DNA of 64,000 nucleotides from the human T2T-CHM13v2.0 reference genome, Homo sapiens (GCF_009914755.1 NC_060942.1), one strand, 5' to 3'. Counted from the stretch's first letter, positions 13,250-30,622 are shown. Program-made: numbers and translations. The notes: a model not told the origin generated them from the letters alone.

Positions 13250-14368
13250 AATTTGTTTTCTTTTTCCCTTTTCTCTCACTCCTATGAAATGAAGCCCTAC
13301 AGATAAAATATATGTTCTCCACTCCTATCCCATTCCTTTTCATCCCCAGAGGAAACCATTGCAGTAGAGAATGACTATTTCAGTCCCATCACTGAATTCA
13401 TAAGGTCTCTTTTCTGGTCCTGGAAAGGTGATCGCTAAGGGTCATTTTGAGTGTTAGACTGGGGCAATCTCACCAGCACAGTAGCACCCATAGTCAACAT
13501 CAGCAGATTTTCTCTGAAAGTTAGAATGGGGGTTTTAAAGCTCTATGGGTGTTGAGTTGATCTCTTTCACATTCTGGTCATGCTTTTTTTTTTTTTACAG
13601 ATTGTTCAACCCAGATGTGGTTAACAGTTTTTGCCACCCATCTCCCTTAGGGCACATTCAAATGCATCTTACAGAATAATTTTCTCTGCTGTGTCAGCCA
13701 GGCAAGCCGTTTAACCATGACTCATACCATCTATTTGTGTAATACTTAATCAGATAATAAGCCTTGTATTGCTGGGCAGTTCTTTTTACATAAGTAAATC
13801 TAGCCTCCCCAGACACCGTATAGGCACCTGATGGTGAGGCTTATAGACTCCTCCCTTTCCTTTCTTTCCCCAGCTACTCTGTTAATCTGTCCCTCAGTGG
13901 AAGTACAAAACAAAACAGAAAATGCAGTTGAATGGGATTCTTCCTATTTAAGAAGTAAGCACTCTTTATAAACTCCCCCACTTATAATTCTTCAAACCTC
14001 TCACCCCACAACAGATATTTAAGAAGACCCACAATAGAGAGTACAGGCCTGGGTTAGTGAATCACATAAAGTCAGGAGGAACTTTTGGGAGGCCTTTGTG
14101 AACATGTGTTTACTTAAATTATCATCACTTAGTATTTCAAAACTCACAAACAGGCATCTAATTAGATCCTCGCAGGACCCTGTGAGGCAGAGCAGATAAC
14201 TTCATTTGAAAAAACTTGTACTCAAACTACAAAGTTTCTTCCCCACGGACATCTGCTGTGGCCAATCCCCGTCTTCTGACCCCAGTCTATTTGGGCTCTC
14301 TTCTCTCTAACACTCGCAGAAAATTGCGTCTGAATCTACTTAAGTGGAAGCTATCCGAGTGTGATTTC

Positions 14369-14785
14369 CTTCTTTTTTTTCTTTACTGTGGTAAGAACAC
14401 TTAACATGAAATCTACCCTCTTAACAAATATTTAAGTGCACAATATAGTTTTGTTAATGGTGGCGCAGCGTTGTACAGCAGATCTCGAGAACTTATTCAC
14501 CTTGCATAACTTTAGATCCACTGGACAGCAATTCCCCTTTCCCTTTCCCTCTCCCTCTACATCATGGCACCCACCGTTCCACTCTCTGTTTCCTGAGTTT
14601 TGACTATTTTAAGATACATCATATAAGCAGAATCATGCAGCATTTGTTCTCCAGTGACTGGCTTATTCCACTTAGCATATAGTCCTCCAGGCTCATCCAT
14701 GTTGTTGCATATGGCAGAATTTCCTTCTTTTTCAAAGCTGAATAATATTTCATTGTATGTTTATACCACATTCCATTTATCCACT
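14369..14785 (-). mobile_element. L1 (L1MA-type) 3' end
   Basis: L1 3' UTR motifs; TSD gagtgtgatttc at 14357-14368 and 14786-14797. Confidence 0.85.
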
Positions 14786-14799
14786 GAGTGTGATTTCTG

Positions 14800-14963
14800 T
14801 TTATTTATGTGTTTATTTATTTATGAATGAGGTCTCACTGTGTTGTCCAGGCTGGAGGACAGTGGCTATTCATAGGCATGAACATGGGGTCCTATAGCCC
14901 TGAACTCCTTGCCACAGCCTTCTGAGCAGCTGGGACTGCAGGCATGCACCACTATGCCAGGCT
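14800..14963 (-). mobile_element. FAM (fossil Alu monomer)
   Basis: Retains the 7SL-type gtggctattca.aggc segment absent from dimeric Alu. Confidence 0.75.
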
Positions 14964-15620
14964 GCATGTAATTTCTTTATCAACATTTCCCAGCCAGTGC
15001 CAATGGATAGGGGTGAGTGGCATAATAAGTCAGTGGGAGAGTTGGAAGAAATTCGCCAAGCCTGATCACTGTCCCACATTAGGAAGCAAGAGCAAAGCAC
15101 ATCCATCTACCTGAAGTGACTGGCAGGCAAGGCAATTTCAATCCTGAACAGAAAAGAGGAACCAGGGACACCTTGAAAGAGATGGTGGGTGTTTCAAGCT
15201 CTTTTTTTCTTTTACAGATTATGTGTCATAATGAGAAGCAGAGAACAACTATGTTGGCTGTGGGAAAGGGGAGTCTTTTATGCAATCTATGATTTGAAAT
15301 CTCCTGACTACATTCAAAGACCCAGCCATTTAGAAGAGAGCATACCTCCTCTTTCCCACTGACCTCTGTGGGATAGGTTGTTATTTTGAGAAAAGGAGGT
15401 AGTATAAGAGGCACAAGGATGAAGAGAAAAAACACTTTCCTTTAACCCTCCCAGTGGGTCTATGGCAAAGCTGCAAGGAGTTTCAGTGTGCTGGTGATCT
15501 TTTTGCTGAGTTAAAATCAGGATTACAAATCCTTAAGCATAATTAGCATATGCATCCTTTCCTATTTCAAGAGGAGTTAGGTCTCTAGAACTAAAAAGGC
15601 AGACGTGCTCATTTCTCTGA

Positions 15621-15793
<173 letters not shown>

Positions 15794-16409
15794 TGACTGC
15801 TTCTAATTCTTACATGATGCTACACCTAACTCCACGATCATCAGACCTTACTTTAAGGCCTCAGAAACAGAGAAGAATAGACATATTTCTTATACCCTCA
15901 AAGTAGGTTCCCTGAAGCCTGGATACGACAGACACCCCTGCAATGGATTACCTCTGACTGGCTCCCCGTGGTGAAGGTTACTACGGTAGATATGCTACAT
16001 AGAACTCGTCACATTTTTCTGCCACCTACACTATAATTCACCTAGTATGTTTCATTTTAGTCTAACTTTCTCTCTGGGCAATACAGGCATGCCTCAGACA
16101 TATTGTGGGTTTAGTTCCAGACCACTACAATAAATGAATATCACAATAAAGTGAGTCACATGAATTTTTTGTTTCCCAGTGCATATAAAAGTTATGTTTA
16201 CACTATACTGTAGTCTGTTAAGTGTGTCATAGCATAATGTCACAAAAAAGTACCTAATACTTTATTGCTAAAAAATGCTAATGGTAATCTGAGCCATCAG
16301 CAAGTCATAATCTTCTTGCGGAGGGAGGGTCTTGCCTCGATGTGGATGGCTGCTGTGATCAAGGTGGTAGTTGCTAAAGGTAGGGGTGGCTGTGGCAATG
16401 TCTCTTTTT

Positions 16410-16560
16410 AAAATAAATTTTTTTTTCACTTTGTATTTTTTGTAGAGACAGGATCTCGCTATGTTGCCCAGGCTGGTCTCAAGCTTCTGGCCTCAAGCGA
16501 TCCACTCATCTTGGACTCCCAAACTGCTGACATTACAGGCATGAGTCACTGCCCCGGCTG
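16410..16560 (-). mobile_element. FLAM/Alu monomer within Tigger1
   Basis: Left-arm motifs. Confidence 0.8.
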
Positions 16561-16706
16561 GCTGTGACAATTTTAAAAATAAGACAACAATGAAGTTTGC
16601 CACATCAATTGACTTTTCCTTTCATGAAAGGTTTCTCTGTTGCGTGCAATATTTGTTTGACAGCATTTTACCCACAGTAAAACTTTTTTCAAAATTGGAG
16701 TCAAGG

Positions 16707-17003
16707 GGCCGGGCGCGGTGGCTCACGCCTGTAATCCCAGCACTTTGGGAGGCCAAGGTGGGTGGATCACGAGGTCAGGAGATCGAGCCCATCCTGGCTA
16801 ACACGGTGAAACCCCGTCTCTGCTAAAAAATAGAAAAAATTAGCCAGGCGTGGTGGCGGGCACTGTAGACCCAGCTACTCAGGAGGCTGAGGCAGGAGAA
16901 TGGCTTGAACCCAGGAGGCGGAGCTTGAGTGAGCCAAGATCATGCCACTGCACTCCAGCCTGGGCAACAGAGCGAGATTCCATCTCAAAAAAAAAAAAAA
17001 AAA
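16707..17003 (+). mobile_element. AluY within Tigger1
   Basis: gagatcgag..catcctggctaacacgg diagnostics; TSD aaaattggagtcaa. Confidence 0.9.
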
Positions 17004-17014
17004 ATTGGAGTCAA

Positions 17015-17317
17015 GGCTGGGCGTGGTGGCTCACGCCTGTAATCCCAGCACTTTGGGAGGCCAAGATAGGAGGATTGCTTGAGCCCAGGAGTTCGAGACC
17101 AGCCTAGGCAACATGGCAAAACCCCATCTCTACTAAAAATACGAAAAATTAGTCGGCCTGGTGGCACATCCCTGAAGTCCCAGCTACTCAGGAGGCTGAG
17201 TTGGGAGGATCACCTGAGCCTGGGAAGTTGAGTCTGCAGTGAGCCGTGATTGTGCCACCGCACTCCAATCTGGGCAACAGAGGAGACCCTGTCTCAAAAA
17301 AAAAAAAAAAAAAAAAA
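17015..17317 (+). mobile_element. AluJ within Tigger1
   Basis: ggaggattgcttgagcccagg J motifs. Confidence 0.88.
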
Positions 17318-17730
17318 GGGAGTCAAAATCCTCTCGAAGCTTACCACTATATTATCAACTAAGTTGATGTAATATTCTAAAGCCTTTGTGGTCATTTCAA
17401 CAGTGTTCGCAGCATCTTCACCAAGAGTAGATTCCATCTCAAGAAACTACTTTCTTGGCTCATCCATAAGAAGTAACTACTCCTCTGTTCAAGTTTGATC
17501 ATGAAATTATAGCAATTCAGTCACATTTACAGGCTTCACTTCGCATTCTAGTTCTCTTGCACTTTTTACCACATCTGCAGTTTCTTCCTCCACTGAAGTC
17601 TTGAACCCCTCAGTCATCCACGAAGGTTGGAATCAACCTCTAAACTCCTGCTAATGTTGATATTTTGACCTTTTCCCATGAATCATAAATGTTCTTAATG
17701 GCGTCTAGAATGGTGATTCCTTTCCAGAAG

Positions 17731-17916
17731 TTTTTCTTTTTTTTTTAATTTTTAAATTATTTTTTCAAATTTTTTTGGGTGCACGGTGTATAAATTTATG
17801 GGGTACAGGAGATGTTTTGATACAGGCATGCACTGTGAAGTAAGCACATCATGGAGAATGGGGTATCCATCCCCTCAAGCAATCCCCTCAAGCATTTATC
17901 CTTTGGATTACAAATA
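17731..17916 (-). mobile_element. Short L1MA-type 3' fragment within Tigger1
   Basis: Poly-T plus L1 3' UTR; flanked by tccagaag repeats. Confidence 0.75.
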
Positions 17917-18064
17917 ATCCTCCAGAAGGTTTTCAATGGACTTTGCCCAGGTCCATCAGAGGACTCACTATCTATGGCAGATATAGCCTTATGGAATGTA
18001 TTTTTAACTAAGAAGACTTGCAAGTCCAAATGACTCTTTGATCCGTAGGCTGTGGAATGGATGT

Positions 18065-18425
18065 CGTATTCCTCTGTTTTCACGCTACTGATAAAGACAT
18101 ACCTGAGACTAGGTAATTCATAAAACAGCGATGCTTAATGGACTCACAGTTCCACATGGCTGGGGAGGCTTCAGTCATGGTGGAAGATGAAAGGCACGTC
18201 TTACATGGTGGTAGACAAGAGAGAATGATGATAGACAAGCGAAAGGGGAAACGCCTTATAAAATCATCAGATCTCATAAGACTTATTCACTACCATGAGA
18301 ACAGTATAGGGGAACCACCCCCATGATTTAATCATCTCCCATCAGGTCCCTCCCACAACATATGGGAATTATGGAGGCTACAGTTCAAGATGAGATTTGG
18401 ATGGGGACACAGCCAAACCAAATCA
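18065..18425 (-). mobile_element. THE1 (MaLR) solo LTR within Tigger1
   Basis: THE1 termini; 5-bp TSD gatgt at 18060-18064 and 18426-18430. Confidence 0.9.
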
Positions 18426-19052
18426 GATGTCATGTTTGCAGGCATGAAAACAACTTTCATCTCCATGTACATCTCTATCAGAGCTCTTGGTTGACTAGGT
18501 GCATTGTCAGTGAGCAGCAATATTTTGGAAGAAATCTTTTTTTCTGAGCCATAGGTCTCAACAGTAGGCTTAAAGTGTACAGTAAACCATGCTGTGAATA
18601 GAGATACTCTCATCTAGGCTCTGTTGTTCTACTTATAGAGCACACTTTATAAGAGCACACAAATTTAGCATAATTTTTAAGGGCCGTAGGCTTTTCAGAA
18701 TGGTAAATGAGCTTTGGCTTCGACTTCAAGTCACCAGGTGCCTGAGCCCCTAACAAGAGAGTGAGCCTGTCCTTTGAAGCTATGAAAGACCTACATGGCA
18801 TCTCCTGCCAATAGAAGGCTGTTTTGTCTACATTGAAAATCTGTTGTTTAGTGTAATCATCTTCATCAATGATCTTAGCTAGATCTTCTGGATAACTTAC
18901 TGCAGCTTCTCCATCATCACTAGGAATTCACCTTGCATTATATTACAGAGACAGTTTCTTTCTTTAAACTCCATGAACCAACGATTGCTAGCTTCAAACT
19001 TTTCTTCTTCAGCTTCCTCACCTCTCTCAGCTTTCATAGAATTGAAGAGAGT

Positions 19053-19438
<386 letters not shown>

Positions 19439-21055
19439 TCATCCATATCAACAAAAAGGCTGTTTCGCTTCCTTATCATTTGTATGTTCACTTGGGTAGC
19501 ACTTTTCATTTCCTTCAAGAAGTTTTCCTTTGTATTCACAACTTGGCTATCTGGCACAAAAAGCCTAGCTTCTGGCTTATTTTGACTTTTGACATGCCTT
19601 CCTAACTAAGCTTAATCATTTATTGCTTTTGATTAAAAGTGACAGATTGTAACTCTTCATTTGAACACATAGAGGCCATTATTGGGTTATTAATTGGCCT
19701 AATTTGAATATTATTGTGACTCAAGGCATAGGAAGGCCTGAGGAGAGGGAGAGAGATGGGAATGGCAGGTCGGTGGAGCAGTCAGAACATAAACACCATT
19801 TATTGATTAAGTTCACAGTCTTATATGGGCACGGTTCATGGAGCTCCAAAACAATTACAATAGTAACATCAAGGATCACTGATCACAAATCACCATAGCA
19901 GATAGAATAATAATGAAAACACTTGAAATATTGTGAGAATTACCAAAGTCTGACACAAAAACAGAAAATGAGCATATGCTTTTGAAAAGATGGTGCTGGT
20001 AGACTTGGTCAACTCAGGGTTGCCACAAACCTTCAATTTGTTTAAAAAAAAAAAAAAGCAGTGTCTTCAAAGTGCAATAAAGCAATGCCAATAAAATGAG
20101 GTACACCTGTGTGTGGGAAAAAGTGTAGGTGTGGGGTCAGGAACAATCAGCTCACCAATTACCAGCTATTGATCTTGGGAAAGTTGATCAGACTCAGACT
20201 CTTTTTCCTTTAATGGCCATAATATCATCTCCATAGCATTGCTGATTACTTAATGGAATAATATAGGTAAACGTGAGAATGCAGTAGGAATTCTAACTCC
20301 TATAACTGATCTACATTCTTTAGTTCTTGGGCATTTACCTAAAAGGTGGCAGTATCCAAAAAAGGACATGATTTCTCCTGCAAATCTTCACACTCCAACC
20401 TCCCTCCCCAGTAGTGTGGACTAATTTGATGTCCTTTTTTGCTGACTTTAATTCAGGCAGATTTTCACAAGTGTCACTGATTGGTGAATAATTTCTTTTT
20501 TTATGAGTATAAGAAATCCATAACAATTTTTCAGGGGCTCAGATTTTAGTGCCTCTCTGTATAATCTAGCACAGTTTCCCCCAGCCATCAGAGCTAGAAC
20601 AGTGGCCAACTGGCTGCTGGGTGACAGACACACAGAGGAGACAGGACCTTAAAGCACACTGGACATTCAATCAGAGCCTTGCTCGGAAAACAGACTCACT
20701 GCAAAACGAAGGGTCAGAGCCCACCTTAAGAATGGCAGCTTCTATGGCAAAACAAGGTCCACCTTCAGGTACAGAGATGATGGCAGATAAACCCCACTAG
20801 CCTGTACAGCTATAGTCCCATCGTATTTTCCAGATTGTGCTTAGCCATGTGACTTGATGACACCATAAACCAATGGTCCCCAAACTTGGCTGATCCTTCA
20901 CTGCTGCCCGTTAGTCCTTTGCAATGTATTTGGTTACCTCCCTCTCTAACTCTAATTTCCTGAATCTTATCCATTCTCAACTCAACCCCTATTCCCTCAT
21001 CTTCAACAACCTTGCCTCCTATGAGATGAAAATGGAGGGAATCAGGCATGAACAC

Positions 21056-21623
21056 TGCTGTGATTTGGATGATAGTGTCTCCTCCAAAATATATGTTGAA
21101 ACTGAATCCCCAAGGCAATAACAATAAGCGGTGGGGCATTAGGAGGTGATTAAGTCATGAGAGCTCGGCTGTCCTGAATGAGGTTAGTGCCTTTATTAAA
21201 GGACTCAAGGTTGAAGGGACCGCCTCTTGCCCTTCTGACCCTACTGCCATGCAAGGACACAGGGTTTGTCCCCTCTGGAGGATGCAGCAACAGGCCTCAT
21301 CTTGGAAGCAGAGAGCAGCCCTCACCAGACACACAACCTGCTGGCACCTTGATCTTGGATTTCTCCGCAACTAGAGTAATGAGAAGTAAATTTGTATTAT
21401 TTAAAAATTACCCAGTCTTGAGCATTAGGACAAATACCTAAAGCATGTGGGGCTTAAAACCTAGATGACAGGTTGATAGGTGTGGCAAACCACCCTGGCA
21501 CATGTTCACCTATGTAACAAACCTGCACGTTCAGCACATGTATCCCAGAACTTAAAGTAAAATTTAAAAAAAAATTACCCAGTCTTTGGTATTTTGTTGG
21601 AGCAACACAAACAAACAAAGACA
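21056..21623 (+). mobile_element. MaLR solo LTR (MST/MLT1A-type)
   Basis: tgctgtgatttgg...catcttggaagcagagagcagccc...aaagaca. Confidence 0.8.
21420..21569 (+). mobile_element. 5'-truncated L1PA 3' end inside the LTR
   Basis: cctatgtaacaaacctgcacgtt...cccagaacttaaagt; TSD aaaaattacccagtctt. Confidence 0.9.
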
Positions 21624-21924
21624 AATAGTCTTAATGTTCTGTGTCTCTTAATACTCTTCCCCCACCAATTCCCTAAACCTTTCTGCCCCCACCCTAGTGT
21701 CTTCTCTACACCCACTATTCCCATCTACGTGTGTCCTTGGTCTGATTCTCTCCCTGCTACCCTGAGGCCTTGCTGTGTGAGCCACTCCCTCTCTCCGAAC
21801 TCCTTCTGCCAGTGCCTTACCTGAGATGTCTGGCAGCATCCTCAAGTCTTTCCCATTCTAAGTGGGGCAACTCCTCCCAACCTCATGGTCCCCTCCAGCT
21901 AACATAAAATTCCTCTTCTCCCCC

Positions 21925-22293
21925 TGTTATTCGCTGAATTGCATTTTCCTAAAATTTACATGTAGAATTCCTAACCTCCAGTACCTCAGAATGTGACTCT
22001 GGAGATAACGTTCTTAAAGAGGTGATTAAATTACAATGAGGTCATTCTCATGGGCCCTAATCCACTACGACTGATGTCCTTATAAGAACTGGAGATGAGA
22101 ACACAGACACACACACAGAGGGGAGAATCAGGGAAAGGGTGGTGGACTGCAAGCCAAGGAGAGCGACCTGAGGGGAAACCAGCCCCTTGATCTCGAACTT
22201 CCAGCCTCCAAAACTGTGAGAAAATTAATTTCTCCTGTTTAAGTGACCTGTTCCATGGGTACTTTATTATGGCAGCCTTAGCAAATTATTACA
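21925..22293 (+). mobile_element. MLT1 (B/C-like) LTR
   Basis: cagtacctcagaatgtgact...ttccagcctccaaaactgtgag. Confidence 0.8.
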
Positions 22294-23563
22294 TTCCCTT
22301 TAAATCCCCATTCTCCAAAGGGCAGCATGCCTTCGCTCTCGTATTTCTTCTGCTCTCCATTGTCTCCACTCCCTGCAGCCCAGCTGCCTCCACCCTCTTC
22401 ACCTTCTGGACTCTGCCTTTGGCACAAAGGAAACTCAGATCCCCTGGGTCTCCCAACAACGCTCTCTGGCTGACTCTGCCCTTCCCCGATTCTGCCTTCC
22501 CTGTGCTTGGTAGAATTTCTCTCACTCCACCTTGTAAATGTTGAACACAAAATGTAATCCCGAGCTCACTTCTCCACTCACTTCCCTCATTCCACTTTCT
22601 CGAATTTGTGACTCCACTGTGTACTGACCCCAGACGCTTTAGAGGAGCATGTGTAACCACTAGCTCAACACCTCCTGTCTCCCCAAATCTGTGTTCCCCT
22701 CAGGATTCCCTTGTTGATTACAATTAGGGGTACAAGGCTTGATCAATCCATCCATAGTGTAAATGTTATCCATCCCTTGCCAATCTTGGAGATTGGGTTT
22801 CATTAAGGGAACTATAGGGTTTTCTTATCTCATGTAATTCTCATGCTGACAACTTTTCCTTGGTTCCCCTGCTCCATATGATAAGCCCCAGCCCCCTTCA
22901 GCAGGGCAGGTGCAGGCCAAGCTGTCCAGTTTCTCTCTGCTGACTCCTTCGGTGCTCCAAGCGCCCACGGCTTCCCAAATCCCCCAAGGTCTTTCTCTCC
23001 TGAGTGTCTTCTTCACACCAAGCACTAAGCTGAGACTGTCTCTTCCCTTTGGTGCCCTAGGCAAGCCCCTCTCCCTGTATCTAGCAAAGTCCTCATCCTT
23101 ATGATTCAGCTTGGGTGCACCTTGCCAGAAAGCCTTACCTCCTTTCACCTCTCCCTCCTCACTGCTCCTAAAATTCCCCTGCATAGCTGTCTCTGCCTTT
23201 TCCTCATTCTTTTCAACATGTTCCGTTAATATGTCAGATTTCCGACCAGAATGTGAGCTCTTTGATGGCCTAGACTGTGCCCATGTAACTAACTCCTATT
23301 ATCTCCACTGAAGGAATATGCTTTGAAATTAACTGAGTTATTTACAGATTCTATATCAACCAGAAAAACAAACTACCTGTGATATTCTGATCCTTGAGCA
23401 TTCTAATTCTTTAGGGTTTTATCATGTCTAGCACCACTTTTTAATTATAGTGTTGACTAATTAGCTGATATAGTCTTAGCTGGGGTATTATTCCTCTTGC
23501 ATTGCTGTTTGTCATGCAATAGTTGTAGTGACTAGCCTGGAAAAGTCACACCATCTAGGATAA

Positions 23564-23962
<399 letters not shown>

Positions 23963-24065
23963 TAGCTTTTTCCCCCAATGTTGTAGACTTTAGGGGTGAA
24001 GAAAGAGAAAGGGAATTTTAAAAGTGGGTCTATCCACTTACTTTAAAGACACGTGCAGTCAACTC

Positions 24066-24364
24066 TTTTTTTTTTTTTTTTTTTTTGGAGACCTCACTCT
24101 GTCGCCCAGGCTGCAGTGAAGTGGCCCAATCTCGGCTAACTGCAACCTCCGCCTTCCGGGTTCAGGCAATTCTCCCACCTCAGCTTCCCAAGTAGCTGGG
24201 ACTATAGGGGCCCACCACCACTCCTGGCTATTTTTTGTATTTTTAGTAGAGACGGGGTTTCACCATGTTGGCCAGGTTGGTCTCAAACCCATGACCTCAG
24301 ATGATCTGCCCACCTCGGCCTTCCAAAGAGCTGGGATTATAGGTGTAAACCACTGCACCCAGCT
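24066..24364 (-). mobile_element. Alu (S-like)
   Basis: TSD tgcagtcaact. Confidence 0.9.
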
Positions 24365-26112
<1,748 letters not shown>

Positions 26113-26119
26113 ATATCGA

Positions 26120-26252
26120 GTCAGGTAGGCACAGTGGCTCTTGCCTATAATCCCAGCACTTTGAGTGGCTGAGGCAGGCAGATCGCTTGAACCTAGGAGT
26201 TCAAGACCAGACTGGGTAACATTGTGAGACCCTGTCTCAATAAATAAATAAA
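26120..26252 (+). mobile_element. FLAM monomer
   Basis: Left-arm monomer with (aaat)n tail. Confidence 0.8.
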
Positions 26253-26898
26253 TGAAAGTCATGTGGATTTGTCATTCTGAGTCTGTGTGATTTCATGGCA
26301 TTGGGATTATCCATGTGGAGACATTCTCATTTACGAGTGTGTCCTTGCGGCAAAAATTTCCCCAACCTACTGCCCAGCAGCTGCTTCTCAGACACACTTG
26401 TGATCCGGAGCTGCCATCAACAAAACGTCTCCATAGAAAACGTGGATCTGTTTCATTCCTGACTGGCAGTTGCTGATCTGCATTGCACAACAGTGCTTTT
26501 TTTGTTTTGTTTTGTTTTTAGCTGAAACTTGGTGGCTAATGAATAAAGAATGGATTCTCTAGTAGAAGTTTTCCCATAGACTAACACCAGAGTTTCCACA
26601 GTGTTCTGGGGGAAAAAAAAAAAAATCAACAACATTATTTTGTTTTTAAAGAGCAAGTTTTTCAAAAACTCAGCTAATTTTAATTTTTTTTTCCCAGTTC
26701 CAACCCCTCCAGGAGCCTTACTCGTAGAAGATGGTCATTCTTTGGATCAATATCTTGACTTATATCAGCCACGAAATGGTAGCATCATATACATCATATA
26801 GATAAAGACAGTTTTGAGCCTTTGAAAGTTGGATGAAATGAAATTAGTTTCTATTTCCCTAGGTAATCTAAATGAAAAAAACTGTATATTTTATTTGA

Positions 26899-27220
<322 letters not shown>

Positions 27221-29079
27221 AGTCCATTGCATTTATATTTCACAGAAACAGTTATTGGAGAAAATGATAGGAGGTCTTGCTCCGTGAGCCAGTCCCTCTC
27301 TTTGCCATCTCTGGAATGACAGAAACACCACTGGCCTAGGAACAGATCTGTTTCCAGGCCCAGTTCTGCCCCCAATTAACCACATCACTTCACCTCTTCA
27401 TGCTTTCGTGCCCTCCTGAGCTGGGAGACACCACCCTCAAGAAGCACATCCACAAAAGGATGGTGTCTAATGGCCTTCTGGCACCAGCGCTGTGCAAAGC
27501 GGCATGAATGGAGCATTCTCAAGGTTAAACATATGGCACATTACAGCCGATTTCCTTTTCATTACTGCCACTTCCTCTGCGGTCACTAATTTCAGGTTGT
27601 CTGGAGCTTACAAAAAGAGACATGCAAGTATGTGTGTCTGTGTGTGTGGTGGAGTGGGAGGGACCTTTTGAGGGTTCATTGCAAGAGTTAGATGAGAATA
27701 AAACAGAAAGGAGCTAGGCTAGAATGCAGCCATTGCTCCCCACTTAGAAACACACACGGGCTGGAGGCAGATGAATTGCAGAACTCACAGATACAGCTTT
27801 GTCTGCCACCCACTGTTTCACAGGCCGCAGAGACACAGCAGAGGCAATCCCAGGCGGATAAACCCTGGGTGATGGCACCGATAGACCATCACAATGACTG
27901 TGCACAGTTTCCGTAACCAAACCTGAAACCAGGCAAACCCCATTTCAGGTGTCATTACCAGCCCCGCATTCGCTGCCAAGGGTCCCAAGCCTTCTAGGGG
28001 ACTGAAGGCCAAGTTTCACTAGCTTGGATGCTATTACCAGGCAAAATTAAAGTGGAAGAATTAATCTGCCTCCGGCACATGCTCTAGGTTTATCAGTTTG
28101 TTTCAGATAAAGCCTGAAAATTCCACGTATTTGTTGTCTACAATTCAGAAGGCAAAGACAGATTTAGAAGTACAATCACCGGTATTTCATCTTAGGGCCA
28201 TTGAAACCTGAGCCTATGTTCTTTCCCCACAGTGGTAGACTGCATTCCTAGTTGGAGGCATTCAGCTCCATCTGGTCGTTTCATCCCCGGTTAGATAATA
28301 CCAGACGTATCTATGTAACATACAAGCCACTGTCAAATAGCACTGAGCCATCTCCCTGAGACAGCTGTTTCACACAAGGGCTTCATTGTCTGAGAAGAGC
28401 TCGTATCATTTTACTTCAAGTGCTGCGGGAACAAGCATTCTGTCAGCTGTCTTGGCTTGGAGGAAACCTCACTCACTGCAGTTTCATTATTTTATTATCA
28501 AGCCAAAAAAAAAAAGGTACTGTCGACGGTTGGGGTTGAAGGTTTAAAACAAGAACTAAAGTCTTTGCTCTGCTTTGCATTTATCAGGGAAAACAGTAAC
28601 TCCAGGCACCCAAAGAATGTATAGTTACACTGTTCAAAAGATAGCTTGAGGCTCCTGGCTACTCTAAATACTTGTTTTCGGTCTGCCTTTTGTTACCCAC
28701 ATTTAGTCAGTTTCAGGTGAACTAGGAAGGTGTTTTCCAGCCCTGTGAGGCCAAAAGCAGCTGTCACAATTAGCATAATGACATCACAAAATAATTAATA
28801 ACTAAATAACTATTTAAAATTAGATAGACTCTTTCTTCTTCAACTCTCTAATAGAGAAAGATGATTACAACTACCCCACATGCAATATCTGAACCTCAAA
28901 TTTCCAGTGAGTAAACAGGTTATTTTCCAAACTGTTTTTTTTTTTTTTTTTTTTTTTTTTGCCATGGATGCACTGTATTTTGAATTCAGGGAGTCATTTA
29001 ACAAAATACATTCTTACATGAATATGAACATGAACATGGTTGTTCTGCTTATCTTTAGCTGCTGCTGCCTATTTCTGAG

Positions 29080-29420
29080 TTTTTGTTTTTTTAGTTTTTT
29101 TTGTTTTGTTTTGTGTTTGTTGTTTTTTGTTTGTTTGAGACAGAGTCTCCCTCTGTCTCCCAGGCTGGAGTGCAGTGGCACGATCACGGCTCACTGTAGC
29201 CTCGACCTCCTGGGCTCAAACAATGCTCTCACCTCAGCCTCATGAGTAGCTGGGACCACAGGTGCATGCCACCAAGCCTGCCTAATTAAAAAAATATATA
29301 TTTTTGTAGAGATAGGGTCTCTGTTGCCCAGGCCAATCTTGGACTCCTGGGCTCAAGCGATCCTCATGGCATGGCCTCCCAAAGTTCTGGGATTACAGGC
29401 AGGAGCCACCACGCCCAGTG
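29080..29420 (-). mobile_element. AluJ
   Basis: J-type motifs. Confidence 0.88.
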
Positions 29421-30622
29421 GGGGTATTTTAAAATTGTGATAAAATAGACATAAGATTTGCCATTTTAACCACAGTGAAGTGTACCATTCGGAGGCATTA
29501 TGTACATTCACCAAACATTTTAAAATATTTAAAAATTGGGATAATTCTGGTACCCCACAAAATAAATTGCGTGATTAGAATCTTCCGTTTTTTCCCTCTA
29601 TCCTATTTATCTTTTCATGATGACTTCAAGACCAGATCTCCTGGGGGGATTTTGTTATGGCACCACGTTTGTCAGGCACCCTGAAGAGAGGCCCTCCTTC
29701 TGCAGGTCTGAAACATCCCTTGGCTTGGCCAAGGGATAGAGGTATCTGTACTTGACCCATTTATCGAAGCTATTTTTCTGGTGTGCACAGAATTAAAACA
29801 AACAAAAGCTGGTTGCTTAGAATTTGGCTATGCCTGCCAAGTGGGATTGGCCTCTCTTCCTTACCGCCCCTCTTACAAAAAAAGAAAAGGTTAAGTCAGA
29901 GAATTGGTGAAACAAAGGCCCTCTGCAACTCTAGGCCCAGTTATCAGAACAGAGTGGTGCTTGCCAAGGAGTCAGGGACAGATCTGCATGGCGGGCTTTA
30001 AGGAGGACAGTGCCAGGCAACACAAAGTATCATTATCTTGTCAAATGTTATTCATGTGTATCTGTTCTATCAGACACTTCTGTTTTCTGTGACCTTGGAC
30101 AAGATACTGCCAGAGAACTGTTGTGAGGGCAAATAAAACAGCACCTGTCAAAGTCTCTAGGCCATCGTCAGGGGTATTGTGAGGGCAAGATGAATATTCT
30201 TTCATGCACTGATATTTTCCCTTCTTCCTGGAGAGGGTTGCTACTGCTTTATGGTCCAATTCTCCCTGATCTGGATTGGCCGCATTTGAAATTGGTGACT
30301 CTGTCCTGGGCGCAGGGTTTGCCACTGCACTGACTAGAATTTTGGAATCCCAGTAGTTTGAAGCTCCTATTTCGTGTCGCTCAAAGTATGAAAAAATAGA
30401 GAAAGCCTTCAAGTGTTTGTGGAATGGAACTGTGTCTTAAGAATGAGACAGGACACACAAGGTTCATCTGGACTAGCCACCTGTCCCACACGGAAGTGCT
30501 TTCCATCACTTCTGTGGCAGGTGCCCATCTCTCTCTTCCACATCCTTGTCCTGATCAGAAGAGCTCATCATCTGTCACGGGAACACCTTTCCAGCTTTTG
30601 GCAACAAGAACTGTTAGTTACT

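Noticed and set aside
14800-14963. Possible 7SL RNA gene
   Set aside because: Lacks most of the S domain and is diverged; fits FAM
17796-18801. Transposase-like ORFs as a possible TIGD gene
   Set aside because: Frameshifted and interrupted by THE1, L1 and Alu insertions; a fossil Tigger1
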